Below are positions 17,618 to 25,060 of a DNA stretch of 32,000 bases, one piece after another. This stretch comes from Opitutales bacterium. GTDB lineage: Bacteria > Verrucomicrobiota > Verrucomicrobiia > Opitutales > PNEW01. The notes below the pieces were generated by a model. It worked only from the letters and a program-made list of their open reading frames with translations, made no database searches and was not told the origin of the DNA. Each line of letters opens with the position of its first letter. The stretch's first letter is position 1. The stretch is from assembly GCA_965219535.1 (NCBI GenBank), contig CBDCNV010000001.1, forward strand, positions 1,260,001-1,292,000, in the 5' to 3' direction. Position numbers and translations under genes: made by a program.

Positions 17618-18126
17618 ATACCGAGCTGAAGAAGCTGCTCGCAGATCAAATGCTCAAGAATCAGGTAATGGAGGAAACGCTGTCAAAAAAATGGTGAGCC
17701 CAAAGCAGAAGAAACGAGTAGTAAAAGCTGCGGCTGAGAAAGGGTTGTGCTCGTTGCGGAGGGCTTGTGCTTATCTCAGCCTGAGTTGGTCAACGTTCAG
17801 TTACCGGCCCAAACAGGCCAGTGAGAAAGCTCAGCGGTTGGTCGAGCGGATTGTGAGCTTGTCCTGGAAACATCCCCGCTACGGTTACCGGCGCATCCGT
17901 GCCTTGCTGGTAAAGGAAGGCTGGACAACAAGCAGGAAGTTTGTCCAGGCGGTACGACGTTCAGAAGGGCTGCAGGTAAAGCCCCCGAAAAAGGGCAGAC
18001 ACCGTCAAGGAGTCTCTACGGGGTCACCTACTAAAGCAAAGGGTCGCAATCACGTTTGGTCCTGGGACTTTGTCCATGATCGTACAGACAACGGCGGTCC
18101 ATTAAAGATGATGACTCTAATCGATG

Positions 18127-18169
18127 TACCGAGGAGCTGAAAGCGACGACACTCAAGCGAAGCGAAGAC
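18127..18169 (+). repeat. short insertion A in IS copy 1 orfB (43 nt, TACCGAGGAGCTGAAAGCGACGACACTCAAGCGAAGCGAAGAC)
   Basis: Copy 2 reads ATCGATGAATATACG (LIDEYTRK) where copy 1 reads ATCGATG[43 nt]ATATACG. Net +42 nt. It contains an in-frame TGA. Confidence 0.7.
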
Positions 18170-18844
18170 ATATACGCGTAAATGCCTGGATATCCGGGTC
18201 GCTCGTCAACTCACCTCAACCGATGTCCTCTCTGTGCTTAGCGAGGCCATTGAAGAGGAGGGACCTCCCAGCTATATCCGTAGTGACAACGGCAGTGAGT
18301 TCATTGCTCATCAAGTGCAGCAGTGGTTGTCCGGTAATAACATAAAGGCGATCTATATCGATCCGGGCAGTCCCTGGCAAAACGGTTTCATCGAGTCGTT
18401 TCACAACCGCTTACGCGATGAGTGTTTGAACCGTGAAGTGTTGCTCAGCGTGGCTGAAGCGCAAGTGGTAATCGAACAATGGCGTCAGACCTATAACCAT
18501 GAACATCCCCACAGTCGTTTAGGCTTCAAAAGCCCACAAGAGTTTGTCAGATTCCTTTCCGATCTTGGCCGCGTTCGGGCTACGCCCTCACTTCGCCAAG
18601 ATCTCTCATATACATCAATCCTAAAACCATTAACACCCGGTAACTCTCTCACTTAAATTGGTACGAAAAACGGGGTCCGATCAATATCGCTCAAGACGCT
18701 TTCTTTCTAGTTTACAAGCAGTTTAGCAACCTGCGACGTCCTGATTCATTTGTTCCTTGGTTACGTGGAATTGTAAGAAATCTCTGCCTGCGCAGGATTC
18801 GCGATAACGAGAAAAGAAGGGTTGACCATTATGAAGTTCTAGAA

Positions 18845-20245
18845 ATGCGAGTCGAAGATGATCCTGGAAAATCTATTGAACAGCTTGAAGATCATATGAG
18901 TCTTTATCAGTCAATCTACAATCTGCCACAAGGTTTTCGCGAGGTTATAATTCTTCATTACATGAGATGTCATAGCCATCAACAGATCGCTGCATTTATG
19001 GGTATATCCTTAAGTCAAGTGAACAATCGCCTCCACAAAGCAAGAAAACTAATTAAAAAGAGAATTCATAAAATGACAGAAAACGATCTTAATCAACCTA
19101 AGTTAGATGATACGTTCGCAGAACAAATTGGAAAACTCGTTCAAATTCAAGGTCGGATTATCGAGATAGAGTTTCCTGAAACTAAAATACCGGATTGCTT
19201 ATCTACTCTAGACATTATTGATGTAGGAAAAGATGATATAACAAAGGCAGTTGTAATCCAGCGACTGGAGAAAGGAGTGGTTAGAGCAATAACTGAAGTC
19301 GAACTCGACTCCGCTAATGTCGATAAGAAAGTTAATGCGGGCCTAGAGCATACGCAAAGTGTTTCGATGAAAACCATTAAAGACGCTATAAAACGTCTTA
19401 GCATTGATAAAACGGAAGGTGCTGACCTTGTCGAAACGGGTATCAAGTCCATTGATCTGTTTTGTCCGATAACCAAAAAAGGGAATATAGGGATTTTTGG
19501 ACCATCAGGTGTAGGGAAGATGGTACTTGTTGAAGAGCTGACATGGAGGCTCGCTGATAAGGGCCAATCGAATAGCATATTTGCTTTTCAATTGCCCGAG
19601 GAACAAAACACGTATGTGGGGCTTCAACGAGATGATGCAAAAGAAGAACGAGAAGAAATGCATCACTATTTCCGCCCTTCTAATGATGGACCACAGATTG
19701 CTTACATACCTACCTTGGACGCGTCTGATCCAGAATTTGCGAATTCAATAAAGGAAGAGTTCGACTCACTATGCTTTCTACACCATGAAATGGCGGTATT
19801 TGACGTCTGGCCTGCCGTTGATCCATCTTATGGCTTTTCAAAGCTTCTCCATAGGGAGGGTGTTCCAGCTCGACATCGCGAGATTGCGACAAAGGTCAAT
19901 AACACAGTATTAGAGGTTAAAAATGAATTCATTGATAGAGATACTTTGCTTCTCTTGTCTAATCGAGCCCGGGTAGCAGCCAAAAGAAGGCTTATAGAAT
20001 TAATCAAAAATAAATTGGATGAAAAAAACACAGCAGAAAGGAAGCATTTAAATAGGTCACTACAGTTACTATATTTCTTAGGAACTCCGTTTTTCTTTGC
20101 AGAAAGATGGACCAAACGAAAGGGAACATATATTCCCTTAAATGAAGTCTTTGATAGCTGTGAAGCTATAATGGAAGGGCAATATGATGATGTTGATCAT
20201 TCCAAATTTATTATGATTGGAAGCTTATCTGAAATAATAAATTAA
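18845..20245 (+). CDS. ECF-type sigma-70 factor (5' end removed by the IS) fused in frame to a degenerate F1-ATPase beta-subunit-like domain
   Basis: The frame is open upstream to the IS end. Codons 18686-18844 translate to IAQDAFFLVYKQFSNLRRPDSFVPWLRGIVRNLCLRRIRDNEKRR (sigma region 2 remnant). Region 4 is LPQGFREVIILHYMRCHSHQQIAAFMGISLSQVNNRLHKARKLIKKRI. The C-terminal ~375 aa are colinear with AtpD: GKLVQIQGRIIEIEFP, LVETGIKSIDLFCPITKKGNIGIFGPSGVGKM, VWPAVDP and TPFFFAERWTKRKGTYIPLNEVFDSCEAIMEGQYDDVDHSKFIMIGSLSEI. Confidence 0.8.
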   Translation: MRVEDDPGKSIEQLEDHMSLYQSIYNLPQGFREVIILHYMRCHSHQQIAAFMGISLSQVNNRLHKARKLIKKRIHKMTENDLNQPKLDDTFAEQIGKLVQIQGRIIEIEFPETKIPDCLSTLDIIDVGKDDITKAVVIQRLEKGVVRAITEVELDSANVDKKVNAGLEHTQSVSMKTIKDAIKRLSIDKTEGADLVETGIKSIDLFCPITKKGNIGIFGPSGVGKMVLVEELTWRLADKGQSNSIFAFQLPEEQNTYVGLQRDDAKEEREEMHHYFRPSNDGPQIAYIPTLDASDPEFANSIKEEFDSLCFLHHEMAVFDVWPAVDPSYGFSKLLHREGVPARHREIATKVNNTVLEVKNEFIDRDTLLLLSNRARVAAKRRLIELIKNKLDEKNTAERKHLNRSLQLLYFLGTPFFFAERWTKRKGTYIPLNEVFDSCEAIMEGQYDDVDHSKFIMIGSLSEIIN

Positions 20246-20336
20246 GTCCCATTTATTCTGTTAAATCGCGGTTTGCAGCAATCTATGGTGGACAAAGTAA
20301 GAAGAGACCTGTCTCCGTCCAGAATCATCCATACCA

Positions 20337-20819
20337 ATGATAGAAAAACCCACAGCCCACATGCTGCATGGATTCGTCTGTTCAGGTAAAACTACCTATG
20401 CGAAAAAACTCGAGCGTGATGAAGAAGCCGTCCTGTTTACTCCAGACGAATGGATGGTTCAATTGTTCGGTGTCAATCCACCGGCGGAGGGATTTTCTGA
20501 ATACTACGACTCAGTCCTTGCGCTCATGGAACGCAATTGGACGAAGCTGCTTCGTTTGAAAATTGATGTGATCCTGGATTTTGGTTTTTGGAATCGGAGC
20601 TATCGTGACACCATCAGGGAGAAAGTGAATAAATCTGGTGGGATACCAAAGTTATATTCGTTTGCCATCTCAGAAGAAACAGCGCGGAAGCGATGCGAAA
20701 AGAGAAATCAGCGTTTGCATGGAGATTTTCTTATCTGCAAAGAGACATTTGATGTTTTGAAAGAGCGATTCCAGCCTCTTTGCGATGATGAAGCATTTTT
20801 GGAAATTCAAGAGACCTGA
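20337..20819 (+). CDS. small P-loop ATPase/kinase (AAA_33 / zeta-toxin-like fold)
   Basis: 160-aa ORF with the N-terminal Walker A LHGFVCSGKTTYAKKL and a size typical of small nucleotide/metabolite kinases. The substrate is unknown. Confidence 0.7.
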   Translation: MIEKPTAHMLHGFVCSGKTTYAKKLERDEEAVLFTPDEWMVQLFGVNPPAEGFSEYYDSVLALMERNWTKLLRLKIDVILDFGFWNRSYRDTIREKVNKSGGIPKLYSFAISEETARKRCEKRNQRLHGDFLICKETFDVLKERFQPLCDDEAFLEIQET

Positions 20820-20879
20820 TAATTACAGTTACTACAGTCACTGGCACTCTCTACGTAATCTAAGTCGTCAGGTATCAAT

Positions 20880-21545
20880 ATGAATCTTCCCTACGGATAC
20901 ACTAATAAAACTCATTGTGAAGACGGTGTAGTCATCAAGACCTATATAGGTGCCAATGCCAGGGAAAGGTATGCTACAGAACTGGAAATCTACCAACTGC
21001 TGCAAGGCATGACCTTCATGCCAGACTTGATCAAATATGATGAAACACGATTAAACATCCTGACAAAATATATAAAAAATCGCCATGCTCAGGACTTGCT
21101 AGATGAGAATGGTTCTGACGTGATGTGTGCCATTGGGAAGCTATTGAGAGACTTGCAGGAAATTCAGATTGAATCGATTGATGGAACAATAAGAAGAGGG
21201 TCTGAAGTCCTGGTCCATGGCGATTTTGGTCCGCAAAATGTGTTGTTGGCGAGAGATTCATTTGAGATCGTAGGTTTGGTTGATTGGGAATGGGCTCATT
21301 TTGGTGATAAATTTGAAGATATTGCTTGGGCCGAATGGTTGATCCGCATGCATTATGAAGCGAAAAGACCTATGATTGATGCGCTTTACGATGGATTTAG
21401 GGAAATGCCTGTTTGGGAAACGAGACATACATTTATGATTAAAAAGTGTGAAGCTATCCTGGATTTTGCGAAGCGTGACAGAAATGAACAGTCGATCACA
21501 ATGTGGAGTAAAAGGATTCATAGGGTTAGAACATTTACGGAATAA
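20880..21545 (+). CDS. phosphotransferase of the aminoglycoside-phosphotransferase / choline-kinase (APH) fold
   Basis: 221-aa ORF with VLVHGDFGPQNVLL (Brenner H-x-D-x4-N catalytic loop) and VGLVDWEWAHFGD (metal-binding D-W/F-E). The substrate is unknown. Confidence 0.8.
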   Translation: MNLPYGYTNKTHCEDGVVIKTYIGANARERYATELEIYQLLQGMTFMPDLIKYDETRLNILTKYIKNRHAQDLLDENGSDVMCAIGKLLRDLQEIQIESIDGTIRRGSEVLVHGDFGPQNVLLARDSFEIVGLVDWEWAHFGDKFEDIAWAEWLIRMHYEAKRPMIDALYDGFREMPVWETRHTFMIKKCEAILDFAKRDRNEQSITMWSKRIHRVRTFTE

Positions 21546-21615
21546 ATCTAATAGGCTGCCGCAGCGCTATTTTGCAAATTGGGTTGTGCAAGTGAGCTGT
21601 TGAAGGATAGGTTAC

Positions 21616-21849
21616 GTGTATAAAATGCAATCTCCTTACGTTATCGCAATCAACTCGGTATCTGGTGGAGGCAAGACTGCACTGGCTGAACACCTGCATG
21701 AATCGTTATCATCCTCGGTGCTATTCCGTTTCGATGATTTTGATGACACCAATATATATCCGGATGACTATTACGAATGGACGATCAGGGGAGCTGATCT
21801 CTCTGAGTTTGATTGTCCAGGTATGAGCAAAGCTGAATTGTGCATGTAG
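21616..21849 (+). pseudogene. 3'-truncated P-loop NTPase (uridine-kinase-like) fragment
   Basis: Only 77 codons. It has a GTG start at 21616 and a first ATG at 21625, with Walker A IAINSVSGGGKTALAEHL. It ends exactly where composition switches to the GC-rich block. Proteins with this N-terminus are normally much longer. Confidence 0.5.
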
Positions 21850-21867
21850 CACACTAAACGGGTGCGC

Positions 21868-23466
21868 TCAGGCATATTGCACGAGAATCTCGACATGATC
21901 CAGCCGCGGAGTCACGCAAATCGCCGGGTTGAGGCGTTCCACGTCGATCTTCAATTCATTCTGGCCGAGCCTCAAGACATCGTGCGGCACGGGATAAGTC
22001 ATGCGGGTAAAATTGTCCATGATAAACTGCGCCCGAGTGCTCCGCGCATCTCCCGGCAATAGCCTTCCGTTAACTGAGACCTTATACTCATCGGGCCGCG
22101 TGAAGTTGTGTACCTGCAAGTGCAAGGTGACTCTCGGCGACAGCGCCCGTTGCCGCGCCGCTTCCAGATCATCGGCAATCCCGAACGGGATGACGTGTGA
22201 CCCAACCGACAGCTCCACAGGGAGCACGATCGCGTCGATACCCCGGTAGGTCCTGTGGTTCTGTCCCGAATGAGCTCCCTGGTTTGGTGCGCGCGGATGT
22301 GAATCGAGATCGTAATCGCAGTTGAGAAAGGCAATCACGCCCGGATCGTGGATCTCGTGCAGCACACGGTAATACTCCGGGTGCAGATCGTCGTACCAGA
22401 CCGTCCCTGTCCGTTCGGATTGCGGTGGCGTATCTATACCGTGTCCGTAGAGCAAGTGCCCGAAGTTGAACAGTTGCAGCCCATGCGCTCCCCGTTGATA
22501 CATCAACTTGGCCCAGGCGCGGGTCACTTCCGTCTTTCTCCAGTGGTTCACGCAGGGGAATATCCAGCAGTCATGCCCTTCGACCAGTTCCAACCACGGA
22601 CCAAGGTCCATATCGAATAACATGTATCCGGCGCCAGGCACAACGACGTCGACCAATCCCTCTTTCACCCACGTGTGCACGTCCAGTCCTCGTTGCCAGC
22701 ACGTGTCGATATCCGCCACGACACGCACATGCAGGTACATGGGTCGACTACGTTCGCAGCTCACGCGGTCCAGAAGCTCGCGCGTTTGCCGCACTATGTC
22801 CGTGATAAGCGCGGCGTTTTCCGCCTTGCCGAACTCTTTGAAGTAGCGAGGATCGCGTTCGAAATCAAGCGCGATGCCGTCGTTGTCCCATCGGGTGATG
22901 AACTCCTCGATGATGGCCATTTTGTGGTCGCGGACCTCTTTGTGCGCAAAATCAAACAGTCCCCAATTGGTGGCGTCCATACTCTCGGGATTGGGATGCT
23001 CTCGGAACCATGTGCCCCAAGGCGGCTGCCAATCCGGTCCGGTGTAACCCAAGAGCAGATGCAGGTTGGCCATTTTGAACCGGCTGACCTCGTACTTGTA
23101 AGCCTGGTCGTGTGGATCATTCATGCGAACGACCGGTATCAGCTTCAATCCCATGCGGCGCCCGTACTCACACGCAAGCTTTGGCGGGTTCGCGTTCGCC
23201 TCGATCAGCTTCTTGGTATTCTCTCGATAGCGCCAAACCCATGCATCCGGGAATTGCTCGAACTCATCGCCCAGGATCTCGCCGCTCTCCAGGTCACAGC
23301 AGTATGCGTCCGACGAGCACAGGTTGTAGAGCAGGCAGTCTACCTGCGTCCCCTCTAGCGGGCGTATGCATTCGCCCAGCCATTGCTCCGGCGTCAGCGG
23401 GTAATCCACGCACGCGATGTCGTTCCATTCAGCCTCCCATATCAGTCGAAACGGTTGATCCATCAT
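21868..23466 (-). CDS. hypothetical 532-aa protein, GC-rich gene (possibly a glycoside-hydrolase-like TIM barrel; weak)
   Basis: This is the longest ORF in a block full of shadow ORFs on both strands, as is typical of GC-rich coding DNA. Segments such as DNDGIALDFERDPRYF and VDVVVPGAGYMLFD are reminiscent of GH-like TIM-barrel families, but I cannot name a family. No signal peptide. Confidence 0.7.
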   Translation of the reverse strand: MMDQPFRLIWEAEWNDIACVDYPLTPEQWLGECIRPLEGTQVDCLLYNLCSSDAYCCDLESGEILGDEFEQFPDAWVWRYRENTKKLIEANANPPKLACEYGRRMGLKLIPVVRMNDPHDQAYKYEVSRFKMANLHLLLGYTGPDWQPPWGTWFREHPNPESMDATNWGLFDFAHKEVRDHKMAIIEEFITRWDNDGIALDFERDPRYFKEFGKAENAALITDIVRQTRELLDRVSCERSRPMYLHVRVVADIDTCWQRGLDVHTWVKEGLVDVVVPGAGYMLFDMDLGPWLELVEGHDCWIFPCVNHWRKTEVTRAWAKLMYQRGAHGLQLFNFGHLLYGHGIDTPPQSERTGTVWYDDLHPEYYRVLHEIHDPGVIAFLNCDYDLDSHPRAPNQGAHSGQNHRTYRGIDAIVLPVELSVGSHVIPFGIADDLEAARQRALSPRVTLHLQVHNFTRPDEYKVSVNGRLLPGDARSTRAQFIMDNFTRMTYPVPHDVLRLGQNELKIDVERLNPAICVTPRLDHVEILVQYA

Positions 23467-23922
23467 GCCTTAGATTAATAGGGTTACATCTAAATATACA
23501 ACATTCAGTTCAGCAAATGTTTTCCCGCGGAGACGCAGAGAGCGCAGAGTATACATAGGATATAAGTTAGGTGAAACACGGTGCTTAATCGCAATAGCTC
23601 AGCAGTGGCTGAGCTTCAGCTGATCCTTACAGCTTTTTTAAATTTATATTTTAAAAAACTGATTGGACCCCGTTATTCGTACCAATTTTTAAGTGAGAGA
23701 GTTACCGTGTGTTGATGGTTTTAGGATTGATGTATATGAGAAATCTTGGCGAAGTGAGGGCGTAGCCCGAACGCGGCCAAAATCGGAAAGGAATCTGACA
23801 AACTCTTGTGGGCTTTTAAAGCCTAAACGACTGTGGGGATGTTCATTATTGTAGGTCTGACGCCATTGTTCGATTACCACTTGCGCTTCAGCCACGCTGA
23901 GCAATACTTCAGGGTTCAAACA

Positions 23923-23959
23923 TGAGCGCTTCGCTATGTCGTCACTACGTTCCTCGGTA
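23923..23959 (-). repeat. short insertion C in IS copy 2 orfB (37 nt; on the transposase strand TACCGAGGAACGTAGTGACGACATAGCGAAGCGCTCA)
   Basis: Copy 1 reads CGCGATGAGTGTTTGAACC (RLRDECLN). Copy 2 reads CCCGATG[37 nt]TGTTTGAACC. Net +35 nt. Confidence 0.7.
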
Positions 23960-24000
23960 CATCGGGTAAGCGGTTGTGAAACGACTCAATGAAACCGTTT

Positions 24001-24043
24001 GTTATTCTCGCTATGGCTCGTTGAGGTGTCGCTTCGCTCGGTA
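24001..24043 (-). repeat. short insertion B in IS copy 2 orfB (43 nt; on the transposase strand TACCGAGCGAAGCGACACCTCAACGAGCCATAGCGAGAATAAC)
   Basis: Copy 1 reads CCCTGGCAAAACGGTTTC (PWQNGF). Copy 2 reads CCCTGGC[43 nt]AAACGGTTTC. Net +42 nt. Confidence 0.7.
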
Positions 24044-25060
24044 GCCAGGGACTGCCCGATCGATATAGATCGCCTTGATGTTTTTGTCGGACAACCACTG
24101 CTGCACCTGATGAGCAATGAACTCACTGCCATTGTCACTACGGATATAGCTGGGATCTCCCTCTTCTTCAATGGCCTCGCTAAGGACAGAAAGGACATCA
24201 GTTGAGGTGAGTTGACGAGCTACCCGGATACTCAGACATTTACGCGTATATTCATCGATCAGAGTCATCATCTTTAATGGACCGCCATTGTCTGTGCGAT
24301 CATGGACAAAGTCCCAAGACCAGACGTGATTGCGATCGGTTGCTTTAGTAGGCGGCCCTGTAGAGACCCCTTGACGGTGTCTACGCTTTTTCGGTGGCTT
24401 TATCTGCAGCCCTTCTGAACGTCGTACCGCCTGGACAAACTTCCTGCTTGTTACCCAGCCTTCCTTTACAAGCAAGGCACGGATGCGCCGGTAACCGTAG
24501 CAGGGATGTTCCCAGGACAGGGTACAATCCGCTCGGTCAACCTCTGAGCTTTCTTACTGGCTTGCTTGGGCCGGTAGCTGTACGTTGACCAACTGAGGCT
24601 GAGATAAGCACAAGCCCTCCGCAACGAGCACAGCCCTCTGTCAGCCGCATCTTTCACTACTCGCTTCTTCTGCTTTGGGCTCACCACTTTTTTGATAGCG
24701 TTTCCTCCATCACCTGATTCTTGAGCATTTGATCAGCGAGCAGTTTCTTCAACTCGGTGTTTTCTTTTTCCAGCTCTTTAAATCGCTAGAGCATCGGCCA
24801 GTTCCAAGTTGCCATACTTTTTACGCCAGCGATAGAAGGTCTGTTCGCTTAGGTTGTTGCCACGGCAGACTTCCTCTACCGTTTTGCCGGTATCGGCTTG
24901 CCGCAGGATTGCGATGATCTGTTCTGTTGTGTATCGATTTCTTTTCATTGAGGTTATCTGTTTATTCCGATAACCTCTCTCTGTAAATGATACGATTTTG
25001 GGGGGTCACTCCACAATTTCCTCGCTACATCTCTGGCATTTATTTAATCGTTATAACAGC

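Larger units (their letters stand above)
17404..18656 (+). pseudogene. IS3-family transposase orfA/orfB, interrupted by two insertions carrying stop codons
   Basis: The orfA product MKRKRYTTEQIITILRQADTGKTVQEICRGNNLSEQTFYRWRKKYGNLELADAKRFKELEKE then runs into an inserted segment with TGA. orfB is split into 17691-18140 and 18234-18656 by the insertion at 18127-18169. Confidence 0.85.
17339..18683 (+). mobile_element. IS3-family insertion sequence, copy 1 (decayed)
   Basis: The termini are TGGAGTGACCCC...TCGTA and its imperfect inverse ...TACGAAAAACGGGGTCCGATCA (TG...CA ends). orfA (HTH) and orfB (DDE/rve, IRSDNGSEFIA...PGSPWQNG) are arranged with an A-run slippery site at 17685-17691. The limits were defined by where similarity to the second copy (23660-25013) stops. 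I saw no flanking direct repeat. Confidence 0.85.
23689..24948 (-). pseudogene. IS3-family transposase orfA/orfB, multiply disrupted
   Basis: orfA (24778-24948) is cut to 56 codons by a GAA->TCTA change that creates TAG. orfB fragments lie at 24466-24687, 24011-24475 and 23689-23919. They are separated by a 1-nt loss, a further 1-nt deletion (GATCGGGCAG vs GATCCGGGCAG) and two insertions. Confidence 0.85.
23660..25013 (-). mobile_element. IS3-family insertion sequence, copy 2 (decayed), inverted relative to copy 1
   Basis: It has the same termini as copy 1 (TGATTGGACCCCGTTATTCGTA at 23660 and TACGATTTTGGGGGGTCACTCCA ending at 25013). A canonical A6G slippery site lies on the minus strand at 24687-24694. 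In the first ~160 nt of orfA I count about 17 mismatches to copy 1, so the copies are diverged. Confidence 0.85.

Noticed and set aside
18845-20245. Annotating the ORF as a genuine ATP synthase beta subunit (atpD).
   Set aside because: The P-loop is degenerate (GPSGVGKM) and the catalytic-Glu segment and Walker B region are missing. There are no neighbouring atp genes. The N-terminus is a sigma-factor region 4.
20880-21545. Calling the APH-fold gene an aminoglycoside resistance determinant.
   Set aside because: Only the generic kinase-fold catalytic motifs are visible. The same fold phosphorylates many unrelated substrates, so resistance cannot be claimed from the sequence alone.
21999-23558. 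Many long overlapping ORFs on both strands (82-227 aa) inside and next to the 532-aa gene.
   Set aside because: This is the typical shadow-ORF pattern of GC-rich coding DNA. They are Arg/Pro/Ser-rich and nested in the single long frame 21868-23466.
23596-23639. A hairpin AGCTCAGC-AGTG-GCTGAGCT, followed by AGCTG-ATCCTTA-CAGCT and a T-run, resembling a plus-strand rho-independent terminator.
   Set aside because: No plus-strand gene lies upstream of it; it sits in the 5' region of a minus-strand gene next to an IS end. The T-proximal stem is only 5 bp. It is possibly a relic of a lost gene, so it is not annotated.
17339-25013. Calling the IS pair plus cargo an active composite transposon.
   Set aside because: Both transposases are broken and the copies are diverged. 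I can find no target-site duplication for either copy or for the pair.
24998-25060. The N-terminal 21-codon extension of the 765-aa ORF (TTG start at 24998).
   Set aside because: It lies partly inside the IS terminal repeat and lacks signal-peptide character. The ATG at 25061 gives a canonical signal peptide.
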